Shown: piece by piece, positions 15,872-23,717 of the stretch
Position numbering within the stretch: the stretch's first letter is position 1
How the letters are laid out: each line of letters begins with the position of its first letter
NCBI GenBank assembly: GCA_964520325.1
Contig: CAZFOB010000005.1
Span: 20,661 to 84,660, forward strand
DNA length: 64,000 nt
Source: an uncultured Actinomycetes bacterium
GTDB lineage: Bacteria; Actinomycetota; JAICYB01
Reading direction: 5' to 3'
Notes under the pieces: generated by a model
Databases searched by the model: none
What the model was told of the DNA's origin: nothing
What the model saw: only the letters and a program-made list of their open reading frames with translations
Program-made: the position numbers and the translations under genes

Positions 15872-16978
15872 CTATCCTTTGACAACATCGAAGAAGCCCA
15901 TCCAGCCGAGCTCGACGAACTCGGTCTGGTGCGCGTGGAACATGTACGGCCCTGGCTCGAAGCCTTTGTATGTGAACTCGAGGATCCCGCGCTGGGCTTG
16001 GGCTTGCACGATCATGTCGGTGAACACCGTCGGCTCAAGTGACGTGCCGGTGTCGTAGTAGTTGAAGAAGTTTGCGTGCAGATGAAGCGAGTTCATCGGA
16101 TCGAACTCGGTGATGTTGATCAGGTACAGACGCACGCTCTCGTCGCCGTTGCTGATCCTGATCGGTGACTCGTTGTAAGCGAACGCGACGGTGTTCACCG
16201 CGTACACCTCGTTCTCTCCGTCGAAGTCGGTGTCGAAGGCATTCATCACCATGACCATCTCGCGGATGCCATCATCCCGCGCGCCCTTGAGGGTGCGTTT
16301 GGTCGCAGCCCCCGACTTGTCCGAATGCTTCTTCGGGTCGGGGTCGATGATGAAGCCGCCGTACAGACCCTTGTGGATGTGTCGCTTCAACGGCAGCGTG
16401 TGGCAGTGGTACAGGTGACACCCGAACGGACCGGCGACGAAGTCGTAGACCGTGCTGTCGCCGGGCTGCACTGAGCCGGCACCGACACCGGGTACACCGT
16501 CCATGCGGGCTGAGTGGAAACCGTGGAAGTGTATCGAGTGCGGGTGTGCTCCCCCGTTGGTGAACTTCACGCGGACGCGATCACCCTCCATGCAGCGGAT
16601 GGTCGGACCGGGGACGCGTCCGTTGTACGTCCACGCCGGGAAGAACAGACCGGGGGCGATCTCGATCTCCTTGTCCTGCGCGAAGATCTCGTACTCGCGC
16701 ACGGTCTGGCCGTTGCGCCCCTTGGACGCCTCGCCCATGTCGAAGTCGTAGAGGATCTCGCTGGGGTTGAAGCCGTTGCGTGCGTGATCGACGGAACCGA
16801 CCACGCCCGACTCGCCGTGCTGCCCGCTGTGGGCTTGCGCGAGTGTGTGCTTCACGCGCTCCTTGTGGTGGGTGTTCGGCTCGGCGCTCACGACCTTGCT
16901 CAGCACACCGCCTGAGACCACGGCCGCTGCGCCGACACCGCCGGCTCGCAGAAGATCCCGTCTCGACACGTTCTTCAC
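15872..16978 (-). CDS. Tat-exported two-domain multicopper oxidase (T1 Cys in the N-terminal domain)
   Basis: Twin-arginine signal SRRDLLRAG. Copper motifs are HSIHFHG, YHCHTLPLKRH (HCH), SLHLHAN and MFHAHQ. The GTG start overlaps the MntR-like stop (GTGA). Confidence 0.85.
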   Translation of the reverse strand: MKNVSRRDLLRAGGVGAAAVVSGGVLSKVVSAEPNTHHKERVKHTLAQAHSGQHGESGVVGSVDHARNGFNPSEILYDFDMGEASKGRNGQTVREYEIFAQDKEIEIAPGLFFPAWTYNGRVPGPTIRCMEGDRVRVKFTNGGAHPHSIHFHGFHSARMDGVPGVGAGSVQPGDSTVYDFVAGPFGCHLYHCHTLPLKRHIHKGLYGGFIIDPDPKKHSDKSGAATKRTLKGARDDGIREMVMVMNAFDTDFDGENEVYAVNTVAFAYNESPIRISNGDESVRLYLINITEFDPMNSLHLHANFFNYYDTGTSLEPTVFTDMIVQAQAQRGILEFTYKGFEPGPYMFHAHQTEFVELGWMGFFDVVKG

Positions 16979-17637
16979 GCGGCGTCCACCTCGATCGCAT
17001 CAGCGGCATCGGAGCCGACGACGTGCTCGGCGCTCCCGACACACACGCGAACGCCGCCGCGATACGGGATGCGCTCTTCCACGAGCACGCGCGCGCCGGG
17101 ACGAAGTCCCAGATCGTCGAGGTGTCGCAGCAGTTCGGCGTCGCGGTCCTCAACGCGCCGGACGACGTACTCGCCGGGCTCGACGACCGCGAGCGTCGGG
17201 AGCTCGTCGTTGTCGAGCTCGAGCCGCACGGTCGGGATCGGATGACCGTGCGGGTCCTCGGTCGGATAGCCGAGGAGCTCGTCCAGGCGCGCCTCGAGGT
17301 CTTCAGAGATCACGTGCTCGAGCGCGTCGGCCTCGGCGTGCACGAGCTCCCACGGCATGCCGACAACTTTGGCCAGATAAAGCTCGAGCAAACGGTGGTG
17401 GCGGATCATCTCGACCGCTTCGCGCGCACCACGGCGCGTGAGCCGCACGCCCTGGTAGCGCTTGTGCGTGACCAACCGCTGCTCGTCGAGGCGTTTGAGC
17501 ATCCCGGAGACCGACGCCGGCGAGACCTCGAGGCGCTCGGCCACCGCCGATGTCGGCACGACGGAGCGGTCGCCACCCAATTGATAGATGGCTTTCAGGT
17601 AGTCCTGGACGGCGCTCGTAGGCAGAGTTTTAGGCAT
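16975..17637 (-). CDS. mntR: DtxR/IdeR/MntR-family metal-dependent regulator with SH3-like (FeoA) C-terminal domain; Mn-type ligand pattern
   Basis: ..AVQDYLKAIYQL..VSGMLKRLDEQRLV..HAEADALEHVIS... The positions equivalent to DtxR Met10 and Cys102 read Asp and Asp, as in Mn-selective members (from memory of DtxR numbering). Confidence 0.8.
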   Translation of the reverse strand: MPKTLPTSAVQDYLKAIYQLGGDRSVVPTSAVAERLEVSPASVSGMLKRLDEQRLVTHKRYQGVRLTRRGAREAVEMIRHHRLLELYLAKVVGMPWELVHAEADALEHVISEDLEARLDELLGYPTEDPHGHPIPTVRLELDNDELPTLAVVEPGEYVVRRVEDRDAELLRHLDDLGLRPGARVLVEERIPYRGGVRVCVGSAEHVVGSDAADAIEVDAA

Positions 17638-17669
17638 GACGAACTTTCATGTTCGGAGAGCATAACGAA

Positions 17670-18275
17670 TCAGCCGGCTGATCGCACGACGGCTGCGGCG
17701 ACATCGGCTGCGGTCAAGACCCCGGACACGCCGCGCTTTCCCAGGAGATAGGCCATGATCTCGTCGTCCGAGGAGCCGTGCGACTCACGGAGACCGTCCG
17801 CGATGTGGCTGAGGTACGCAGCCGAGGGAGCGGCGGCTTTCACACCGGCCGGTTGCGAGATCGTCAGCACCGGACGTGCGTCGTGGTCGGGAAAGCGCAT
17901 CACGCGGCGATAGGTGTGACCGCCGTCCAGCACGACGAGGGCTTCGGGCACCTCGTCGAACGTGATGCTCCCCGGCGGCAGCCAATTCTCCTGCGCGACG
18001 ACGTCCGAGAACTGCTCGAGAGTGAGCAGATAGATGCGGGCCTTCGTCGGGCCGGGACCATCGTCCACCAGCGCAACGCCGCCGCCCCACGTCTGCGAAG
18101 AGCCGCCGAACGCGAGCTCGATCGCGAGCTCGATCGCCGCATCGCCGTCCGGCGGTGCAGAGTCGCGACACCCCGGGTACGTGTGCGCTGCACCCGACGG
18201 CGTGCCGCCGTTCAGATAGATGTCGAAGCGGGCGCGGCTGAGGTTGGAGCCGTACGCGGCGTACCAGACCTTCAC
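17670..18275 (-). CDS. Gamma-glutamylcyclotransferase/AIG2-like fold protein (putative)
   Basis: GTG 18275 overlaps the YchF-like stop (GTGA). The N-terminus VKVWYAAYGSNLSRARF resembles the GGCT-like YGSN motif. The function call is weak. The 71-aa upstream extension of the track ORF is rejected. Confidence 0.45.
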   Translation of the reverse strand: MKVWYAAYGSNLSRARFDIYLNGGTPSGAAHTYPGCRDSAPPDGDAAIELAIELAFGGSSQTWGGGVALVDDGPGPTKARIYLLTLEQFSDVVAQENWLPPGSITFDEVPEALVVLDGGHTYRRVMRFPDHDARPVLTISQPAGVKAAAPSAAYLSHIADGLRESHGSSDDEIMAYLLGKRGVSGVLTAADVAAAVVRSAG

Positions 18276-19249
18276 GCGGAATGCAGGATCAACAGGACGT
18301 CGGCCTCCTGCACCACGTAGTCCTTGCCCTGCATCCGCAGCAATCCCTTCGAACGCGCCACCTCTTCCGAGCCGCACTCGAGGATGTCGTCGTAACCGAC
18401 GCGCTCGGCGCGGATGAACGCTCGCTCGAAGTCGGAGTGGATCGTGCCCGCGGCCTCCGGGGCTTTGGCCCCCTTGCGCACTTCCCACGCACGCGACTCC
18501 GTCGGACCGGCGGTGAAGAAGGTGACGAGGCCGATCGCGTCATAGGCGGCGCGGATGAATGCTCCGGCGCCGGGCTCGTCGATGCCGAGCTCCTGAAGGA
18601 GCTGCGCCCCTTCCGCTTCGGACATCTCCGTCGCCTCGGCCTCGAGCGCTCCACACATGACGACCCGCGGGTGCGGGACGTCGTCCGCGGTCGCGTCGGG
18701 GTCGTCGGCGTTGACGACGTGGATAGCGGGCTTGAGCGTCAGCGGCGTCCAGAGCGACAGGATCCTGCGCTCGTCATCGGTCCACTGCTCCTCGGAGAGC
18801 CAGCGGCCGTCCGAGAGCACGACCTCGGCGCGCGCGCACAGGTCGAGCTCCGCCTTGGCGTCCGGATCCTTCTTCACCTGTCTCTCGACGCGTTCATGAA
18901 CCTTCTCGATCGTCGCGAGGTCGGTGACGGCGAGCTCGGCGCGGAACGACTCGAGATCCCCCTTGACGTCGACGTCGCTTCCGAACGCCCGAAGCACGAT
19001 CGCGAGCGCGTCGGTGGCGCGGGCCTGGCCGATCGCCCGCGCGTCGATGCCGTCGATGTCGACCAGGCGTACCTGTGCGTGGGTGATCTTCTTCGACTCA
19101 TAGATCTCGACGAGCCGGAACAGCCGCTCGTCCGGAACTTCGACGACGGCCTGCGATTCCTTCCCGCGGCTCGCGACATGGCGTGAGATGGCTGTGAACA
19201 CGGTCGACTTTCCGGCGCCGCTGAGCCCGACGAGCGCGACGTCCTTCAT
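18272..19249 (-). CDS. YchF/OLA1-like P-loop NTPase (short, divergent)
   Basis: P-loop VGLSGAGKST. The C-terminus ..FFTAGPTESRAWEVRKGAKAPEAAGTIHSDFERAFIRAE..GKDYVVQEADVLL matches the YchF TGS-like domain. It is 325 aa versus ~363 for canonical YchF. Confidence 0.8.
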   Translation of the reverse strand: MKDVALVGLSGAGKSTVFTAISRHVASRGKESQAVVEVPDERLFRLVEIYESKKITHAQVRLVDIDGIDARAIGQARATDALAIVLRAFGSDVDVKGDLESFRAELAVTDLATIEKVHERVERQVKKDPDAKAELDLCARAEVVLSDGRWLSEEQWTDDERRILSLWTPLTLKPAIHVVNADDPDATADDVPHPRVVMCGALEAEATEMSEAEGAQLLQELGIDEPGAGAFIRAAYDAIGLVTFFTAGPTESRAWEVRKGAKAPEAAGTIHSDFERAFIRAERVGYDDILECGSEEVARSKGLLRMQGKDYVVQEADVLLILHSA

Positions 19250-19287
19250 CGAAGGCTCACTGACTTCCGCGGGCTCACTGTCATGCT

Positions 19288-20211
19288 GTGCACGTTATGG
19301 ACACCAAAGTGGCGCGAGCGTACACGTCTGTAGGGCTCGCCGCTGCCGGGGCCGGGGTCTGCGCGTGGGGTGTGGGGATCATCATCATCAAGCTCACGGT
19401 CTCACCGTTCCTCATCGTGTCGTTCTACCGGCACGTGTTCTCGATCCCGATCCTGCTCGTCGCATGGGCGTTCGCCCGCGACCGGACGTTGCCGTGGAGA
19501 GCAGCCGGCCTCGGCGGCGTGCTTTTCGCCGTTCATCAGGTCGCACACATCAGCGCACTGCGGTACTCCACAGCCGCGGTCGTGACGATCCTGTTCGCAC
19601 TCCAGCCGATCCTCGTCGGGATCGCCGCGGGCCGCTTCGTCGGCGAACGAGCTACACCGAGATTCTTCCTGTGGTCGAGCGTGGCCATCACTGGGTGTGC
19701 CGTCGTCGTCGTGTCGTCGTCCGGAGTCGATGAGGCCACGCCGCTCGGCACGTTGCTCGCCGTTGTGAACCTCGTCGTGTGGTCGGCGTACTACCTGGCG
19801 ACGAAGCGAGCACGTGCGACGGTCTCGACGATCTCGTGGCTGCTCGTCATGACGCTTGTGTCGGGGGCTCTCGTCGGGATGGCTGCCCTCGTCACCGGCC
19901 AGCCGTTCGCGAGCGCAAGCAACGCCGATTGGTGGCTGCTCGTGATCCTCGCCGTCGGCCCGGCCACGTGCGGACACCTGCTCGTGACGTGGGCGCAGCC
20001 GCGCATCCACGTCGCGGCTTCGTCCTCGATGAATCTCGGAGTGCCGATCGTCGCGTCGATCGGCGCCGCGATATTCCTGGACGAGCCCTTCGGTCGCTTC
20101 CAGATCTTCGGCACACTCATCGCGCTCGGCGGCGCAGCGATGGCGATGAGACATCTGCCTCCGCCGGTGAACGAAGAAGCAGCCGAACGCTTCGGCGAGG
20201 TCGCAACCTAG
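19288..20211 (+). CDS. EamA/DMT-family transporter
   Basis: About 10 TM helices in two EamA-like halves (..GVGIIIIKL.., ..AVVNLVVWSAYYLATKR..). GTG 19288 or ATG 19297 as start. Confidence 0.8.
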   Translation: MHVMDTKVARAYTSVGLAAAGAGVCAWGVGIIIIKLTVSPFLIVSFYRHVFSIPILLVAWAFARDRTLPWRAAGLGGVLFAVHQVAHISALRYSTAAVVTILFALQPILVGIAAGRFVGERATPRFFLWSSVAITGCAVVVVSSSGVDEATPLGTLLAVVNLVVWSAYYLATKRARATVSTISWLLVMTLVSGALVGMAALVTGQPFASASNADWWLLVILAVGPATCGHLLVTWAQPRIHVAASSSMNLGVPIVASIGAAIFLDEPFGRFQIFGTLIALGGAAMAMRHLPPPVNEEAAERFGEVAT

Positions 20212-20226
20212 GCCGAAGGTCGGAGA

Positions 20227-21036
20227 TCAGAAATAGAACTGGCGCCAGGCTTCGAGCCAGGTGTCGGCGCGCGAGACGATCGTGCGCGGGTCGACGATCT
20301 CGATGCCTTGCCGGTAGCGGTACTTGGTTGTCAGGTCGGGCGTTGCGAACTCGACTTTGATCTCGCTCTGGGGGCCGGGGACATAGGGACGGATCGCGCC
20401 GACGTCCTCGAGCGCGCTTGCCGCGGCGTTCTCGATGAGCTGTCTCGCGCGTTCTGGTGGGATGTTGCGTGCGCTGAACCGTCCGAAGCTCTTCTTGACC
20501 GCGACCGTGGTGAGCTTGTCCCCGAGCAGCTCGCGACCTTCGCGGCAGGCCGCTTCGTCCCCCGTCACGAGCACGACCGGTGTGGCGAAGCTGCCGCACA
20601 ACGCTGCGTTGATGCCGGTCTCGCCGACGAGGCGGTCGTTGAACCACAGGTTGTGCCACTGGCTTCCGGAGACGGTGTGACAGAGACCACCATCCGGCGT
20701 TCCAGCCATGGCGTGCATCGCGATGAAAAGCGCCGCGTCGCAGCCCTGCTCGAGCGCTTCCGTGTACTCCGTCCACTCGTTCTGGACGACCCACTCGCAC
20801 GCCGGGTCGAGGCGCTCGGGGATGAGCGAGTTGAACGTCCAGCCCTTGCCGGCTCCGTGGCAGTCGAGGACGACGATGTCGGTGGCACCGGCGCGCTTGG
20901 CTCCGCGCACAGCGGCGTTGATCTCTTCGGTGTAGAGCACGCGTCCCTCTTCGTAGAGGCTCTCGCCGCCCGACACCTGCTCCCACTTCACGATCCCGGA
21001 CACGCCCTCCATATCCGAGAAGATCAGAACGCGCAT
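20227..21036 (-). CDS. dppA: M55-family D-aminopeptidase (DppA-like)
   Basis: MRVLIFSDMEGVSGI...VLDCHG...IAMHAMAGT.. is characteristic of peptidase M55. ATG at 21034-21036. The 194-aa upstream extension of the track ORF is rejected. Confidence 0.85.
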   Translation of the reverse strand: MRVLIFSDMEGVSGIVKWEQVSGGESLYEEGRVLYTEEINAAVRGAKRAGATDIVVLDCHGAGKGWTFNSLIPERLDPACEWVVQNEWTEYTEALEQGCDAALFIAMHAMAGTPDGGLCHTVSGSQWHNLWFNDRLVGETGINAALCGSFATPVVLVTGDEAACREGRELLGDKLTTVAVKKSFGRFSARNIPPERARQLIENAAASALEDVGAIRPYVPGPQSEIKVEFATPDLTTKYRYRQGIEIVDPRTIVSRADTWLEAWRQFYF

Positions 21037-21040
21037 GTGC

Positions 21041-22522
21041 TTACCTCGACCGCACGCGCTTCTTCGGCGCTGTGCGTTTGGCTTGGACCTTCGCCTTCGA
21101 CCTGGCTGGGGCCTTCGCTTTCGGCTTCGGTGCAGTCTTCTTGGCCACCTCGGTGGTGCGCTTCGACACCCGGCCCCCGACGTGCAGGTACTTGGGACGT
21201 CCCTGCTTGTCGAAGTCGATGAACTGAGCCTCGACCTCATCGCCGCCGAGGTTGACGAGGAAGAGTTCTTTGTCGATCGGGCGCACGCGTGCGACCTGCT
21301 TGGGTGCGAACTCGGCGAGAGGCCCGGACGCCTGCAGCTCGGCGGACAACGTACCTTCGTCGAGCTTGACCTCGATGTCGATCCCCAGACGCGAGTAGAT
21401 GCCGACGTACTTGGCGAGATCGAGCTTCGGCGCAACCTCCGGGGCTTTCGGGTTCTCGGCGACGTGCACGCCGGTGAGCTCGTCGAAGAGAAAGCGGCCG
21501 AGGTCCCGCCACAGCGCCCCACCGGTGGCTGAGTTGGTGAGCAAACAGACACCGAAGGGACGATCGGGAAGCACTTGCAAGAACGACGTCTGACCGATAG
21601 TGCCACCGCCGTGGCCAATGACGCGTTCGCCGTCCCACGATGAGAGGATCCACCCCAGACCCATCTCGCTGCCGAGCGACGACTTCGGCAGTTTCACTTG
21701 CGCCTGCTGCATAGCCTTGGCGCTCTTGGCGGACAGCACCTGCGCGCCGTCTTTCGCGCGTCCGTTGCGAAGGTGCATCCGGACGAAGGCGAGCACTTCC
21801 GCAGGCGTCGACGCCGTCATGCTCCCGGCCGGCGCATGAGACGGCGACATGATCACGACAGGAGCGACGGCCGGCTCGGTCGTCCCGGGCATGATCAGGT
21901 GTCCGACCGCGCAGCTGTGCGCGAGCATCTCTTCCATCAGGACGGTCGTCTTGTTGGCACCGATCGGCGCGAGGATCTTCTCGCGCAGCACCGTGGCGTA
22001 CGGCTGGCCTCGGAGCTTCTCGACGAGGCGCCCGAGAACCGTCCACCCCGAGTTGCAGTACGACCACATCTCGCCGGGTGGGTAGATCTGACCGATGTCC
22101 TTGAGCGATGCGACGTACTGCTCGATCCCGTCGTCGCCGCGTCCGAACGCCTCGAAGTAGTCGCCTTCGATGCCGCTGGTGTGCGTCAACAGGTTGCGCA
22201 CCGTGATCGAGTCGCGAGCCTTCTTGTCGGCGAGCTCGAAGTCCTTCAGGTACTTCTTCACCGGTGCGTCGAGATCGACGAGTCCTTCGTCGACCAGCTG
22301 CATCACGAGGGCAGCGGTGTAGACCTTGGTGTTCGAGCCGATCTGAAAGAGCGTGTTCACGGTGACGGGAACTCCGGTGTTGCGGTTGGCGACACCGGTC
22401 GCGAACTCCACGAGCTCGGATCCGCTGAGGACACCGAGCGATGCGCCAGGCACCTTGTGCTGCCGCGCGAGTGAGTCGAGTGCTGCCTGGATGTCCGAAA
22501 CCTTCGATGCGAGTGTGCTCAT
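21041..22522 (-). CDS. Serine hydrolase of the beta-lactamase/transpeptidase-like family (class C/D-aminopeptidase-like), cytoplasmic, with Lys/Ala/Pro-rich C-terminal tail
   Basis: SxxK = SNTK (..FQIGSNTKVYTA..), and ..LLTHTSG... No signal peptide. The last ~40 aa read KRTTEVAKKTAPKPKAKAPARSKAKVQAKRTAPKKRVRSR. Confidence 0.85.
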   Translation of the reverse strand: MSTLASKVSDIQAALDSLARQHKVPGASLGVLSGSELVEFATGVANRNTGVPVTVNTLFQIGSNTKVYTAALVMQLVDEGLVDLDAPVKKYLKDFELADKKARDSITVRNLLTHTSGIEGDYFEAFGRGDDGIEQYVASLKDIGQIYPPGEMWSYCNSGWTVLGRLVEKLRGQPYATVLREKILAPIGANKTTVLMEEMLAHSCAVGHLIMPGTTEPAVAPVVIMSPSHAPAGSMTASTPAEVLAFVRMHLRNGRAKDGAQVLSAKSAKAMQQAQVKLPKSSLGSEMGLGWILSSWDGERVIGHGGGTIGQTSFLQVLPDRPFGVCLLTNSATGGALWRDLGRFLFDELTGVHVAENPKAPEVAPKLDLAKYVGIYSRLGIDIEVKLDEGTLSAELQASGPLAEFAPKQVARVRPIDKELFLVNLGGDEVEAQFIDFDKQGRPKYLHVGGRVSKRTTEVAKKTAPKPKAKAPARSKAKVQAKRTAPKKRVRSR

Positions 22523-22535
22523 TCCTTACCTCCCT

Positions 22536-23717
22536 TTAGTGTTTCACCGACAGTAGTTCGCTGATAAGAGCGGCGACGAGTGCCGCGCGCTCCGGCATTT
22601 TGTTCACTATCACGTGTTCGTCCTCGGCGTGCGCGCCACCGCCGACGGCGCCGAGCCCATCGAGTGTCGGAGTGCCAACGCCCGCTGTGAAGTTACCGTC
22701 CGACGCGCCGCCGACCTCACACCCATCGAGAGCGACCAGACCCAGTCGCTCCGCGACGACGTTGGCGCGAGCGAACAACACTTCGGTGGCCGACCGCTCC
22801 ATCGGGGGCCGATTGGGGCCACCGACGATCTCGAGCTCAACGCCCGATACAACCGGACGCAATCGTTTCATCTCGTCGTCGACCCGGGCCTGCTCGTCAC
22901 GCGTCCACGCCCGGACATCGACGGTCATCTGCGCGAGAGGCGGGACGGTGTTCTTCGCCGTCCCGGCCGAGGCTGTCGTCGGAACAACGGTCGTCTGCCC
23001 TCTTGCGATCCCTTCGAGCGCCAGCACCTGGTGCGCGAGCTCGACGAGTGCGTTGGCACCGTCTTCCGGCGCAAGCCCAGAGTGCGACGCTCGTCCGCGC
23101 GCGTGTACCTCGTAGAGCGAGACCCCCTTGCGAGCGAGCTTGAGCGCTCCCGCCTCAGATGGCTCGAGCACCAAGACGGCGCCGGCTCGGCGAGCCGAGC
23201 CTTCGATGAGCTCGCGCGAGCTCGGCGAGCCGAGCTCCTCGTCACTCGTCACCAAGAGCTCAAGCCCATCGAGATTTCCGGCCGGTGTCGCGACACGGGC
23301 GAGCGCGAAGAGGCCCTGGACGAGTCCTGCCTTCATGTCGAAGACGCCCGGCCCCCGCGCGACACCGTCGCGAACTTCGAATGGCTTTCGATCGATCGTG
23401 CCGAGCGGCCACACCGTGTCGAGGTGGGCGAGCAGGAGCACGGCAACATCGCCCGTCCCACGCCAGCGCAGGTGCGGACGACCGTCGGTCTCGATGATCT
23501 CCGGTGGCGCGCCGAGCCACTCGGTGCCGAGCTTGGCAACGAGATCGGCGCACCCGCGCACAGCGTCGAGATCGCTCGACGGCGACTCCGCGTTCACGAT
23601 CTCACCCAGCACGTCGACCATCTCGGGAAGAAGATCTTTGAAGGCCTCTACCCGGGGGAGACCCCCGGACCCCCCAGGCCGGGGGAGACCCCCGGACCCC
23701 CCGGACATTCGCGTCAC
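22536..23717 (-). CDS. M20-family metallo-amidohydrolase (carboxypeptidase G2/desuccinylase-like)
   Basis: ..VNAESPSSD.., LLAHLDTVWP, GPGVFDMKAG, ..TSDEELGS.., ..GGGAHAEDEHV.. The GTG 23717 start overlaps the upstream stop (GTGA); ATG 23708 is an alternative. Confidence 0.85.
   Translation of the reverse strand: MTRMSGGSGGLPRPGGSGGLPRVEAFKDLLPEMVDVLGEIVNAESPSSDLDAVRGCADLVAKLGTEWLGAPPEIIETDGRPHLRWRGTGDVAVLLLAHLDTVWPLGTIDRKPFEVRDGVARGPGVFDMKAGLVQGLFALARVATPAGNLDGLELLVTSDEELGSPSSRELIEGSARRAGAVLVLEPSEAGALKLARKGVSLYEVHARGRASHSGLAPEDGANALVELAHQVLALEGIARGQTTVVPTTASAGTAKNTVPPLAQMTVDVRAWTRDEQARVDDEMKRLRPVVSGVELEIVGGPNRPPMERSATEVLFARANVVAERLGLVALDGCEVGGASDGNFTAGVGTPTLDGLGAVGGGAHAEDEHVIVNKMPERAALVAALISELLSVKH
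23652..23705. repeat. Tandem 27-bp duplication, each unit containing a CCGGGGG-AGA-CCCCCGG hairpin
   Basis: Read directly: CCGGGGGAGACCCCCGGACCCCCCAGG / CCGGGGGAGACCCCCGGACCCCCCGGA. It encodes GGLPRPGGSGGLPR at the N-terminus of the M20 protein. Confidence 0.9.

Noticed and set aside
15872-16978. Copper nitrite reductase (NirK) call for the multicopper oxidase
   Set aside because: The Cys-containing site in domain 1 and the C-to-H spacing resemble NirK. However, HLH and HAH motifs in the second domain suggest a trinuclear cluster, which points to a two-domain MCO. I could not settle this by eye, so the generic MCO call is kept.
17638-17669. DtxR/MntR operator upstream of the mntR-like gene
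   Set aside because: Only a short CGAAC-N6-GTTCG hairpin (17640-17655) and a TTAGG fragment are present. There is no 19-bp palindrome resembling the TTAGGTTAGCCTAACCTAA-type box. This is insufficient for a feature call.
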